Part shown: one piece after another, positions 27,355 to 40,531 of the stretch
How positions within the stretch are numbered: the first letter of the stretch is position 1
Layout: each line of letters opens with the position of its first letter
Source: Octopus vulgaris
Taxonomy: Eukaryota
Reading direction: 5' to 3'
Length of the DNA: 64,000 nucleotides
NCBI GenBank assembly: GCA_951406725.2
Contig: OX597814.1
Coordinates: 120,032,001-120,096,000, forward strand
Position numbers and translations under genes: made by a program
Notes under the pieces: generated by a model
What the model saw: the letters and a program-made list of their open reading frames with translations, nothing else
Databases searched by the model: none
Told to the model about the DNA's origin: nothing

Positions 27355-27950
27355 ACACTTCCCTTTCAGAATTACAACTATTAGTGTTTTGTAGTTTAAC
27401 TGTTCTTTCTAGTGAGTCAGATGTCCTATTATGGTCATCTCTTATGTGTTTAAATGTACACAGTATTTTTCTATGAATAATATATAGTCTATTGACTAAT
27501 TTTTCCTTCTCGCTAGGCCACTGGTAGCATTTTCTTTTGCTACCCTAAGATTTATTAATTAATGATGAAAGGTATTTTGGCTAATTTTGAAAGAAAATTG
27601 GCACTTGAATATACTGTTGAATAAACTGCGCGTGCGCGGTGGATTTTGAAAGATTATAACATATAAACACGAGGCATTTTCTTTATCGCCTCATGTCTAT
27701 ATGCTAGCCTTGCCTTCCTACTGATGTTGGCAACGCCAATTGTAAATTACAATTATTTTATTTTATCTGCAAAAGATTGCCGAAACTAGGCGTAGTCCAG
27801 GAAAGATAGGGTAAATGCTTTTATTTTTAATTCCCTTTTAGAATTGCAACTATTAGTGGTTTGTAGTTTAACTGCTCATTCTGGTGAGTCAGATGTCCTA
27901 TTATGGTCACCTCATATGTTTAAATGTACTCTGCATTTTTCTATAATACA
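27355..27950 (+). mobile_element. Partial tandem (~470-bp period) HHR-bearing repeat, pLTR/retrozyme-like
   Basis: 27359-27480 is repeated at 27831-27950. HHR TTCCTA-CTGATGT-TGGCAA...TTGCC-GAAACTA(GGCG)TAGTC-CAGGAA at 27715-27803. Confidence 0.75.
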
Positions 27951-28243
27951 GTTACATATAGACCCGCTGTCACAATACACTCTAGTTCACTCACTCCAGT
28001 TGCGTGCGCTTTGACTGAGTTATCAACAGATTCTCCTATGTACAGCATTACGTCCTAGAGGAATATGATAAACATGTCTCTGGTCAAAAAATGATAGGAA
28101 TAGAGTATCATATATGACCTACTTCTTTTGTCGAGTGTTGGTGTTCAGTTTCAGTGTATTAATTAATTACAGAAAACTGTATCTGTTACGTGTTTCTGCG
28201 TGTTTACGAACATGATTTTATGGTCAACATCATAAATGAACCC

Positions 28244-28319
28244 TCACTCAGCGGAAAAATTTCCACTTATTTCTTTTTTTATTTTTCTAACATTTTCCTT
28301 GCGTATTGCAACCTTTTTA
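28244..28319 (-). mobile_element. 76-bp insertion of the 26253-family arm with a 12-bp TSD
   Basis: ataaatgaaccc at 28232-28243 and 28320-28331 flanks a piece homologous to about 26307-26380. Confidence 0.75.
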
Positions 28320-28613
28320 ATAAATGAACCCAAGATTGCTTCAAAAGCATGGACCTGTGATAATCTCGTGTAGGTTCGTCACGTCTAAGCCGTTTCTCTT
28401 AAGAGTGTCTACTTCGGCCGTTCTTCAAAAACAGAAAGAAACTTGCAGCTATCATGACTATCATGAATAAAATGCATAACTTTCATTTAGTTCCCTCTCA
28501 TTGCGCATAAGTATTCAAATAGTACACGTGCTGTTGTTTTGGGAATCAGTTTACATACGTCAGTTAAAAACTAAGAATTTAACATTTAAAAGGGACTCCT
28601 TCTTAAGATCTCC

Positions 28614-28660
<47 letters not shown>

Positions 28661-29254
28661 ACTGCATTTCCTGTTACGCTCTGTCTCTCTCTCCCTCCCA
28701 CTCTGAAGAAGTGAAAGTTAATTGAATGATCAGGTTAATTTAGCCTAATTTGGCCTCCTGTTCAAGAGCACCTTCCCCGTTGTTTCTATATTAGATATAA
28801 TGTATCTTTACAAAAATCCCGGTTAACGCAATACATATCAATCTACAAAGTATTTTATTTCTAAATGGACTCGCAAAAGTATTCACATTCCGTACAATTT
28901 GGTAATAACCAGATACAGGTTCCCATAGTCGATCCTTCTCCACTATGTTCGGTTTAGCAAGCTCGGTCCTTTCACTAGAGATTCGATAAACAGACTGACA
29001 CAAAACCTACCTATTAATGGGAAGGATAACGACCCAATAAAAATTTCCTTCCTCATGAGAATTGCATTTATGAATTCATAACATATTGTCATTCATGTTC
29101 ATGGTAAATCGCATCAGAATGTCGTAAGGAATGTTTCCTTTCTTCAAATCATAGTTAAATCTGGATATATCTATTTTCTTTTTCGCACCTACCAGTGCTT
29201 TTATAGGATGTTGCTATCCGTGAATGAAGTTTCTAACCTTTAATTGAGCTATAT

Positions 29255-29563
29255 GTGGAGGCGCAATAGCCCAGTGGTTAGGGCAGCGGACTCGCGGTCG
29301 TAGGATCGCGGTTTCGATTCCCAGACCGGGCGTTGTGAGTGTTTATTGAGCGAAAACACCTAAAACTCTATGAGGCTCTGACAGGGTGGTGGTGGCGAAT
29401 CCTGCTGTTCTCTTTCGCCAAAACTTTATCTCACTCTTTCTTCTGTTGGCCTGCTCGCTTAGCCAGCGGGGTGGCGTCATTTAAAGGCTAAAACAATGCG
29501 AAGCGCATTGTTACCAGCGATGTGTAGCAACATCTGATAGCCTGGTCGGTCACGGTCACGGTG
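29255..29563 (+). mobile_element. tRNA-Arg(TCG)-derived SINE with 13-bp TSD
   Basis: tRNA-like head tagcccagtggttagggcagcggacTCGcggtcgt...gtttcgattccc, (cggtca)n tail, TSD aattgagctatat at 29242-29254 and 29564-29576. Confidence 0.92.
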
Positions 29564-29570
29564 AATTGAG

Positions 29571-29606
<36 letters not shown>

Positions 29607-29777
29607 GTGCGTGTGTGTGGATATATTTATAATTTCACCAATATGGATTATCTTAAAGATGTTGTCTTCAAATAACTTTTTCGAAATATTAATCTTAATA
29701 TTATATGTACGCACACACATATGTATATGTGTGTATTTGTGTATGTGTTTGTGTGTTTTTGTGTGTGTCTGTGTTTC

Positions 29778-30518
29778 TTGGTTGGTTGGCATCCTTTCTG
29801 TCTCGGGAGACAATGGAGTTGCACATGAAGTAGTCTAGTCCGGCTTTTATATTTCATGTCCTCATACATTTCCTGCTGTGGCTGTGTAGTCCTATCCTGG
29901 ACAAACACTCCCTCTGGTAGGTACCGCAAATGTAGCGAAGACTGTTCCTGGCTGGTTGTAGTGCCATAGTCTCTTGTTTACGTCTCTTCCTTTCTTTCCA
30001 TTTCTCTCCTCTCTCTCTGTCACTCCTTTGTATTCCCTCTTTTACGGTCGTCGCCATTCTCGACGGTTGCCGGCAACTGCCTGCCAACCGCTAATATTGA
30101 TGTTGCAGGCCTTCATGTCCCTTTTGCAAACATCCTTGTAACGTAAGATCGGTCTACCCACAGACCTAGTACCCCTAGCAAGCACTCCGTAGAGTATGTC
30201 CTTGGGGATTCTGCCATCTTTCATACGGCTAACATGCCGAAGCCATCTCATACGTCTTTGTGTGAGGAGTGCAAACATGCTTGGTATTCCTGCTTGCCTG
30301 AGGACATCTTTGTTGGGGATATGATTCTGCCATTTGATGCGGAGGATTTTTCGGAGGCAGCGCAGGTTAAAGATGTTTAGGCGACGCTCTTGGCGTGTGT
30401 ATAGCGTCCAGGTCTCACTTCCATACAGTAGAGTGCTGAGTACACATGCCTGGTAGATCTTCATTTTCGTGGTCTTGGTCAGCTTATTGTTGTCCCAGGC
30501 CGTTTGGAGAGTTTCTAA
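29778..30518 (-). mobile_element. RTE-clade LINE 3' end (5'-truncated)
   Basis: KIYQACVLSTLLYGSETW...RRMRWLRHVSRMKDGRIPKDILYG...GRPILRYKD, terminal YIC..(C)...CLSRIGLHSHSRKC finger, (ccaa)n tail. Confidence 0.93.
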
Positions 30519-30521
30519 GAG

Positions 30522-30645
<124 letters not shown>

Positions 30646-31269
30646 TGTATGTTAATGCAATTGAAACAACAGTTGGTCTTTTAAGGTGTCATCTAAAATA
30701 ACATATGATTTTCTTCTTACATATTGCTTGTTGTTAATACTTGAATTTCTTAAAATTCTGCATAAGGAATTTTGGATTTACCTGTTATACATGAGGATTT
30801 ACCTAGTATTTGTATTCTTCATAGATTTACTGTTATTTTCATGTCGGAAATTTAACTAAATTCCTTTATTCGCCACACACACCAACTCTACGCATACACA
30901 CACGATCACACACAGACACACACACACACTACAAACAAAACACACACACAATACATATACATATACATACACGCACACACACATACTTCAAACTACCAGT
31001 ACCTTCACTGACCATTCTTCCACATTGGTAGATTAGACACAAGAGCCACTCCTAATTAATTATTCCTTAACCTTAAACAATACTAAGTCCTACCATAAAC
31101 ATAGATTAACAGCCACAACCACACACACACGTGTTATCATTGCACACATACACACATACACGCCTACGCACACGCAGACCTGCGCGCACATATCCACACT
31201 TATACACACATACCTCCTCTTGCACTCTCCTGTCTTTGAAAGAACTTTTTCTTCACCTATTCCCTTCCG

Positions 31270-31476
31270 GTCATTCAAAATATGAGCGCGTGTGTACCGT
31301 TGGCGATTTTTTTTCCTCCGTCTTCCCTTCTTTGGATTTTTCCCTTTCCTATGTTTCTGACGAAGAGCTCCGCTCGAAACATTAAACTCTCCTTCTTTCC
31401 TGAGCGTCCAATAATACTATACTTCTTCCACGTCCTCGCGTTCTTGTCTTTTCTCTTTGTGTTTTCATGTTTGGAT

Positions 31477-31480
<4 letters not shown>
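31270..31480 (+). mobile_element. Short repeat with minimal HHR
   Basis: GTTT-CTGACGA-A-GAGC(TCC)GCTC-GAAAC-ATT-AAAC at 31353-31387; ends at (TA)n. Relatives at 13060 (+) and ~49410-49535 (-). Confidence 0.75.
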
Positions 31481-31527
<47 letters not shown>

Positions 31528-31533
31528 GTATAT

Positions 31534-31867
31534 AATTGCAGCGTGGAAGGTGTTTGTAAGCCATTTAAGAAACACACAAAAGCCGTTCGATTCACTTCAA
31601 CATTTAAGTTTAATTTGTCAAAATATTTTCGTCGCTAAAATACGCGACCTGTTCACTGACAAAAATCCGTGCAGTACGGATTTTTGTCAGTGAACAGGTC
31701 GCGTATTTTAGCGACGAAAATATTTTGACAAATTAAACTTAAATGTTGAAGTGAATCGAACGGCTTTTGTGTGTTTCTTAAATGGCTTACAAACACCTTC
31801 CACGCTGCAATTGTTTTCGTTCCAGCACACGATCTCATATCAAATCACTTGCTATGCGAGTACATCT

Positions 31868-31869
<2 letters not shown>
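31534..31869. mobile_element. Perfect 137-bp-arm palindromic element with a 57-bp unique extension, embedded in (TA)n
   Basis: 31534-31670 is the reverse complement of 31676-31812 (loop GCAGT). Diverged one-armed relative at 41254-41449. Confidence 0.92.
31683..31732 (+). ncRNA. Hammerhead-like motif with G3-C8 core swap (mirror at 31614-31663, minus)
   Basis: UUUGUCA-GUGAACA-G-GUCGC(GUAUUUUA)GCGAC-GAAA-AUAU-UU-UGACAAA: 7-bp stem I, 5-bp stem II, self-complementary AAUAUU. Confidence 0.65.
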
Positions 31870-31902
<33 letters not shown>

Positions 31903-31906
<4 letters not shown>

Positions 31907-32497
31907 AAGTCAGTCGCCACATCAAAGTGGCTATTGAATGTTACTACATATTTAATCCTAGGCAGATACTCGTCCAGTTGGTTATCGGTGCAAAACGCTG
32001 CACCCTTTATATACAATGTAAAGTTAGCATGGAGTGCGAACACCTACTACTCTCTAGTAGCTATCAGGATCGCAGGATTGATTCAGTTTTGAGCTATTTG
32101 TTTCATCTTTTGTCTCGAGCACCTGCGCAGCAGGTCGATAATCAGAACCCGCTACCGCAAATAACTATATCATAAACAAAGTGACCGTCGGTCATTGATT
32201 TACACCAGGCGAAGTAGCTAGCTATAAAATCTCAAGAAGTGATAGATTAGTAACGTATACTAAACAGTAAGGCCAGTCGCCACACGAGAGTGGCTGTTGA
32301 ATGTTACTATTAGTTTAACCACAGACTGATTCTTCACCAGCTTGTTATCGGTGCAACAGGCTCCACGTTTTATATACAATATATTGTTAACAGGTGGAAC
32401 AAATCCCTAGTACACTCTAGCGACTAACAGGATCGTAGGTGCTCTCGACAGTCATAGCAGTAACATTCGACATCCACAATGATGTGGCGACTGGCTT
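31903..32497. mobile_element. Diverged ~363-bp partial tandem with inverted terminal segment
   Basis: 31903-32075 is repeated at 32266-32439. 32455-32497 is an inverted copy of the unit start. Possible HHR relic on the minus strand at 32100-32149. Confidence 0.7.
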
Positions 32498-35400
32498 GTA
32501 TAACTAGCTACTGTGCTGACCGTCTTTATATATGTTTTCGCGTGCATATATACCTGTGTGTGTGTTGATTACTAAGCGATTTATGAAGCAAGTGCTTCGG
32601 TGGCGATGTCGAACAAGAAGAAAATATCCCCGTTGTTGATAGCAACTTCGTTAGCTGTACATGTACATTCTATATTCAACGTGAAAATAAATTTTAAACA
32701 TTTAATAAACTGCTTTCTATCACATTGAAGTTATTGACAATATTAACTAAAGCCGGTTTTTTATCGTAGGATGGTATAAGGTTTATATTTTTCTGCAGTC
32801 AAATTTATGACAGAAACCGTAACCATAAAACGAATGGGTCTCAAGTTTTGTTCACGATATAAGAGAGAAAATGTTTGAATTCCTTTAGAAATTTCTTTAG
32901 AACTTTGGTGTCAATAAATACTTCTTTTGATATTTGATTCCTTTCAATCAATGACTTTCATTTGTTTGATGTTTTTCGCTTGGTTCAATTTTGTTGGCTA
33001 TTAAGGGAATTACCGCCACCAATAATTATGTCCATCTCGTCTTATCTTCTTTTCACTGATGTTCTCCTGGAGTATTAAAATAGGACCGTTGCTGTCACGC
33101 TCCTTACTAAAAGGAAAAAAGTTTTCCCTGAAGCATGCGAATTAATTTTCGTTAATTAAATTGCAAATTATAACAATTTTATTCATGAGACGCGACCAAA
33201 TGCCTCTAGGTTTCTTGTTCTATGTCCAAAACTGAATGTAATACTTCAATAAGTTTAATATTTTTGGAATATATTTTTCATTATATATATTTCTATATAT
33301 TAATTTCATTCTCCTTAGCGCTTGCTCGCGGTTTATTTCTATTGCTTCCTATGAGCTGAATTTGATTTTCTCTACATAAACTTTTTATAAATGATTTTGC
33401 TGTAGGTGAATATATTTTCCTTGATTAACTGTAATGTTTTCACTTAGATGAGGGATACGAATAAAGCCATTATATGCAGTTTTGCTGTCGCCATTCCTAC
33501 TAATAAAGCTCATGTTGACGCCATCATTCCAAGCATCTGTCGTATTTATGGATAATTATTTTTCGTCTATCATGATCAAGAATTATTTCTCGTCTCTTTC
33601 TTTTTTTTTTGGAAAGCATCTCACGTATGGTGTTGGGATTTACATTTGTTTCAGTTACGAGGAATATTCTAAAATATAAAGTAACTTTTCGTGCGTTGCA
33701 CAGAGTAGAAATACATACATACTGTATCATAATTCCTGCGCTTATATTAATTGACCCATTTCTTTACCTTAAAGTCTGTTTTGAAATATGCTATATTCTT
33801 ATATCAACATTATACGTAAACCATTGTTTATATATATACAGATATATTCATAAACTAAAGTAATTTAAGTTATCTTTGCTTCGTTAATGAGTTTAAGATC
33901 TACCGTTACATGCCTACAAATTCAACGGAGACAAAGATCAGATTTTATCTGATAAAGGATATATTAACTGTTTGAAATTTCCTTTATTTTCCTTATGGAC
34001 CATTAGGGAATATTGTATTTCAAACTTTTCCTTCTGTAACTCGGCTCCATTTTCATTCAACATATGTCATTATTGTTATTCATTCAGACTTAATTTAAAA
34101 CAACCCCGAAGTCAGTTTCTTTCACTTATCTTGCATTCGGTTATGTGTGTACCTTATAATTACAAGTAAAAACATTTGTTCGTAGCACTATATCTAATCA
34201 CATTTGTTTATCGATCAAATGAACTCGTGTTGTGTATGCCTCACTGACGAAAACTAATGATACAAAAATGTTGCTGTTGCTATCAGTGAGCTCGATAAAA
34301 ACGATTAGTTTTTGCTTGAAAAGAAAAAAAAAGAATTAGAGGATTTTAATTACATTTAAATCGTTGGAATTATCCTGCAGTTCCTATTTGTATTGCTACC
34401 GAGTATCTTTAACTATTATTTCTTTCAATTTATAAAAATTTCAATTCATTTTGAATTTTTGCGCTCGTCACTCAATGTAATTTTATACGTGATTTACCCC
34501 AATGAATGGGATCGGCTGATTTGAATTATATCACTTAACATCCGATTTTTAACATTTAAATTAACTAATGTCAAGTGGTGTTCTTAAGTTTTCTTTCATA
34601 TGTACAAATCTTACTTAATTAATCGAAGGAAATCCAGCGTTAATACCGTCTGAAAAAATCCGATCAGGATTTTACTTAAGCATGAATTGTTAAGAAAGAT
34701 TTTATACTATTGAAACCAATGCTATTTCCTTATGGCTTAAAGATAAATACGACAAAAATGTTTTGTTTTGCCCCACAGGTATAGTTTATATTATTAACGA
34801 ATAGCAGAGTTATTTAGGGCATCCAAATACAAGCGCTATTTGTGCTATTTTATTTACCTCAGTTTTGCTTTATGAAAATGATTATTGCCCTATGTTATCT
34901 GTAACCGTATTTGCTTAAGCAAATACCTATTTATTACGCGTGTTCTTGTTTACAACGCTGACCTTCACATTCTGATACCACCACAAACAAAGATAGGTTT
35001 GGAACACACAATCAATGATCAGATTTTACACCGAAGATCGAAATATGTTTCTAGACAAATATATTTCTTAATTTATTATATTGTAGAATTTATCCTTAAC
35101 AAATGCTTTTAGATTCTGTTTTCTTTGCTTTCTATTCATAAAATATAAGTGCAGTACAAATGATTAGGTGACATTATGCAGTGATTTTTATGTTTGTGAC
35201 GTATCCCAATTCATGCTCTTCCTTCATTAGACGAAATATCCTTGTGTAATGTTTTTATTATACAATTTAGAAAGTCAAGTTTTATACATAACGTATATAT
35301 ATATAGCCAATATATAGAAACCTATGCTTGTTGATGGAACTGCTATATTTTTAATTTACGCCTTGTGAATGAGGTGTACAAAATAATTAGAAGCATCTGT

Positions 35401-36284
35401 TTCTCATCCTAGATATGAGAAATTAAAGATTTTATGTTAAGCATAAGAAATACACTCCTTATTTCTTTGAATTAATAATCTCAGTAATTTGTTAAAAATG
35501 GCTGAATTTTTTTCTTCTGTTGCTCTTGGTGCGGAAGTTTAATTTCCTAAGTCATTGTTTAATTATTTTGATATTTTCTTGCTTGTTGCTTTCAGTAGAT
35601 CCACTAATAAATTGTGCATATTACTCTCTGGAAATTGTTCGTTTGACTTACTTACTCTTTGTCAATTTTTAATATTAATTATACAGATTTCTCCCACAGA
35701 AAGTAATTCTGAATCGCGATCTCTGCCTCTCACCCTCTCTTTTACTTTTTTCTCCCATACTCCGTTTCTATAGATATATTCATGTTTTTTACAGATTCAT
35801 GCGAGCATGAACATGCAAAAGCCCAAGCAGTTGCAAAAGGATTAAGACCGGAGATTTTACTTTTATTTTAAAAGTCCTCGCTACTTTCCTTTTTTCATTA
35901 AGGATTATTTAAGCGTTATTTTGCTTTCTCTACTAAATACAAACCATCTTATACTTAAATAAGAATTCAGCATATATCATTCCGAATGTTAATGCCCAGT
36001 TGATATCACGATGCATTACTGTTAACTTATAAAGCTACCAAAATTTTCAGTTTACTTACAATGTATATGGTTACCATCAGGCTCCTATGTGTTAAAATGT
36101 TAAGGTACCAGTTAAATATGGAAGCGAAAACTTCTAGTTTCGTCTTTGCATTTCATGTATCAGAAACGTTAAACTGTATCCCTCAAAATGCAGAATGCTG
36201 TAGAGAAAACTAATGTAATTGTATACGAGAATAGTCCAAGTATGTTAGGAATAAGATATGGTAATTATATAGTTATGGTGGATA

Positions 36285-36475
36285 AGGTTGTGAACTGGCA
36301 GAATCGTTAGCACGGCATTTCACCCTTCCTCACGTTCTCAGTTCAAATATCGCCAAGGTCGACTTTCCATTTCACCATTTCGGGTAAATTAGTACCAGTT
36401 GGGTACTAAGGTGCATGAAATCAATTTAACCCCTCCCTGAGATTGCTGGGTTTGAGTCAAAATTATAAATCAATA
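36285..36475 (+). mobile_element. SINE family B, decayed
   Basis: gaactggcagaatcgttagcacg...gttcaaat...ggtcgactttccatttca...agtaccagtt. Confidence 0.75.
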
Positions 36476-36956
36476 TCAAAATGGTAGATAGTAATTGTCA
36501 TAAGTTCGATGAAAGCGAAGTCAGTGCAATTTCAGCATAGAATGAAAAAACATTCATGTGACAAAATGCCATATCACATTTATCAGTCTGTCTTAGATTC
36601 TGCAAATGCTTTAACAAGAATGAAGGCCAGTTTTGCTATTCGACTAATTCTGTTGGAAAGATAGAAGCACATTCAGTAACATATATTTTGTACACTGTTA
36701 TTTTTCTGAGTTTGAGATATTCATGTAGATTATTTCTTTTGCCGTCCTTTAATGGGTCACCTTAACCCCTGAACATATTCTAACCTCGAAACCCACACCG
36801 AAAAACAAAAACAGAAAATGTAAAGAAAATTTAAGAATATTCTAAAAATGATTTTCATTACGTATTCTTGCGATATGCACATACATATTTACATATATAC
36901 ATACATACACATGCATACGCACTTATGTTTGTGTGTGTATGTGTGTATGTGTTTGC

Positions 36957-36991
<35 letters not shown>

Positions 36992-37211
36992 GACTTTCCA
37001 GAATGTCTTTAGAGAAGACATTATGTCTGAAGAAAATGCAAATTGTTAATGACTAAAAAAGAAAAGAAACAAGAGATATATGGTTCGATGGATGAATGTA
37101 TGTATTGAAGGAGTGACTGATTACTGGATGGGGAGATCAGAGGAGGAATAGGTAGAAAATCAGATCCATAAAACGACAGACAGGGAGTCAAATAAATAGA
37201 TAGAAAATTAA

Positions 37212-37325
<114 letters not shown>

Positions 37326-38254
37326 AGTGTCAGACACAAAAATGCTAATCTTTATTACGATTTTTATATCAAAAAATGAAAGTAACTGTATAACAAGTAT
37401 ATGGTAATAACAATGATATTCATGGAATGTTAATAAGAGGTAGAGAGTTAGAGAGTGCACGGGAAGGATATATAGATATAGATATAAATGTTAATGCTAT
37501 GAAAGTAACGTGAGTTGTTTGATTTATCAGGATCAGAGATAATTAATCAAACTCGAGGATTCAACGATATTTAGACTGTTTTCAAGATATCAATATAAAC
37601 AGTGGAAATGTAAAATATATAGTGTAGCATGTGTCTTGCTTGCTTCGCTCACCATTCAATCACGCTCGTTATAAAAGAAATATAGCCTGGATTTTATCAA
37701 ATACCTTCTGTAATGTTTGTGCTTATATACATATATACGCAGACAGTAGTAAATAGGCAACCATATAATCATAACACATTATTTAAATCTGGAATTATGC
37801 ATTGAAGTTATTTAATAATTATTATAAATATATTTATCTAATATTTAGTAGACATTCCCTTTGCATTTTTCACTGCAAGGATCCGATAAGGCATGGCAGT
37901 GATCAGATGACGAATATTCTTTTGGGGAATTTCTTGCTATGTTTCATGTTGTAATCACAAAAGATTTGGCTTTGAAGATGCTTTCTTGTTCTTTTTATGA
38001 AGTACCCTATGCATTATGCCCCAGAGATATTCAATAGGGCCCCTATCTGGTGACTGGCTTCACCATGGAAATGTGACAAGCCGTGTGACAAGGAATCAAT
38101 CTTGCATAGATAAAAAAATGGGTTCTTTAATCATTTTACCATTAGAAGTTGTCCTTTTCGAAGTAGTCCTATATACAATATGGACGTGTTTTATTATTAA
38201 TTATAAAATTCAGGGTAGTAAAATATTATTTTAGAAATATTTTACAACTGCCGA

Positions 38255-38625
38255 TAAAAAACTGCGCTTGTGCGGTGGATTTGAAAAGTTATAACATGTA
38301 AGCACGAGGCATGTTCTGTATTGCCACGGACTTATATATCAATCTTTGGCTTTCCTGCTAACGAGAGATTCACCTAGCAAATTACTTTATTTGCTGAAGA
38401 TAGCTCGAAACCATGGTCCAAGAAATAGATGATAAATGTTTTTATTTTTCATTCCCTGTCGTAATTACCACTAATTGTGGTTTTGGATTTTAACTACGCC
38501 TTCTAGTGGTTTAAGTGTCTGATTATGGCCATCTCTTATGTGTTTAAGTGTACACTGTATATATAATTAATAATATATAGTCTACTGACTAGTTTTTCTA
38601 CACGCTAGGCCACGGTGTTAAAAGA
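38255..38625 (+). mobile_element. Second copy of the 27355-family HHR repeat
   Basis: Aligns with 27620-27950 and 27480-27530. HHR TTTCCTG-CTAACGA-GAG...CTC-GAAACCATGGTC-CAAGAAA at 38351-38425. Confidence 0.75.
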
Positions 38626-38669
38626 TTTATAAATAATAATATACTACACTGAATTTTGCTTTATATATA

Positions 38670-38790
38670 TACAGTACAATTTATTCGCGATCAGATTTGT
38701 TCGGAAACCGAGGTACTACTGTATATATATATATAAAGCACGATTTATTCGTGATCAAAGGCATTCGTAAACCGAGGTAATAATGTATAT
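38670..38790. mobile_element. pogo/Tigger-like MITE termini (two decayed copies)
   Basis: aaaccgaggtactactg-TA and aaaccgaggtaataatg-TA resemble CAGT....CCTCG TIRs ending at TA. Confidence 0.45.
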
Positions 38791-38842
38791 ACATACATAC
38801 ATACACACACATATATACACATATGTATTTATGAATGTGTAA

Positions 38843-38884
<42 letters not shown>

Positions 38885-39650
38885 GTATATATATACTTAG
38901 GTATCCAGTGAATATAGCCATGTAATGATTTACGTAATACATCAATAACTTTGTAATCGTATACAACACAGCATAAACAAGTAGTATTGCAATTGGGAAA
39001 ATTGTAAAATTCCGAGCCCAACCTTTGTTCTTTAGCGACAAAGATCATATCTAACATAATAGCAAAATTTAAACACAGACTCTTGTGTGCTAATTCAATT
39101 TTCATTGTTTATTCCAATATCAGCTATTGCTTTGTAAAGAGTGGAGAGTACTTTCCGGGTTCAGGAGACTTTGTCGATAATGAAAAAAAAAATCCATGTT
39201 TTCGTACAATTCTATGGTTTAACATATTTTGATGTAATTCATGAAAATAAAATACGAGAACGATTGAAGTAAATATACTGCAGTGTGTCATATTTAGCAT
39301 TTCGAATTCTTATGAAATGATAAACATACAATCACACGTTCAATTCTACATACATACTTACAAGCTTACACTAAGCACAAAAACACACATACACGCACAT
39401 GCACACAAACATACACGCCTGCACACACATCCATGTATGTATGTATTACACGATATACTTTAATTATATAGAATATGTATATATGTATATATGTATGTAT
39501 GTATATAGAATATATATATATAATATATGTATATATATATGTATATATATATACATATATATGTGTGTGTATATATATACACATCCATGTATGTATGCAT
39601 GCTTGTACGTATATATGTATTACACGATATAATTAAATCATATAGAATAC

Positions 39651-39717
<67 letters not shown>

Positions 39718-40277
39718 ATATATATATATATATAGAATATATATATGTACACACATCCATGTATTTATGCATACTTGTATGTATGTACGTATGTATTACA
39801 CGATATAATTCAATCATATAGATAGAACACTTAAACCTTCAAACTAGTATACACTCAAAAGATCGATACAAACACAACTATAGAAATAATCTTCTTTCTG
39901 TATTTTAACAGAGGACTCGGAACAATAGCATTAGCTTTGGAGCTTTTCAAAGAGAAGTTAGAGCTAAGGGGATTACATGCATAACACGGTATCATCTACG
40001 GACTTAATTCTCACAGGAATATAAACGATATCAAAAGCGATTATGATATATTTTCTGTCTTAAATCTTTTATATTTTTCTTTTGTGTTTTGCAAGTCATG
40101 GATTTTGTCATTTTGTTTTCCTCTTTGAAAATGTTTATACGCCAGTACTGCATTTGATATATGTATATATACATGCCTAAAGAGAAATACACACACACAC
40201 ACACACACACATACACACACACATACACACACCCATACATATATGCATATATACATATATACATCTATATATGTATA

Positions 40278-40318
<41 letters not shown>

Positions 40319-40427
40319 TTATACACATATACGTATATGCATGTATGCATTTATATATGTTTATTTGTATGTAAATATATATATACGTATTTGTATGCAT
40401 GTATATATATATATATATATTTGTATT

Positions 40428-40460
<33 letters not shown>

Positions 40461-40498
40461 TTATATTATTTTATATATATATATATATATATATTATT

Positions 40499-40531
<33 letters not shown>

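Noticed and set aside
29255-29330. tRNA-Arg gene
   Set aside because: Acceptor stem is not intact, and the sequence continues into a SINE body bounded by a TSD.
34238-34320. ctgacga followed by aaactaat/attagttt pairing
   Set aside because: GAAA is not adjacent to the stem and there is no stem I partner; likely chance.
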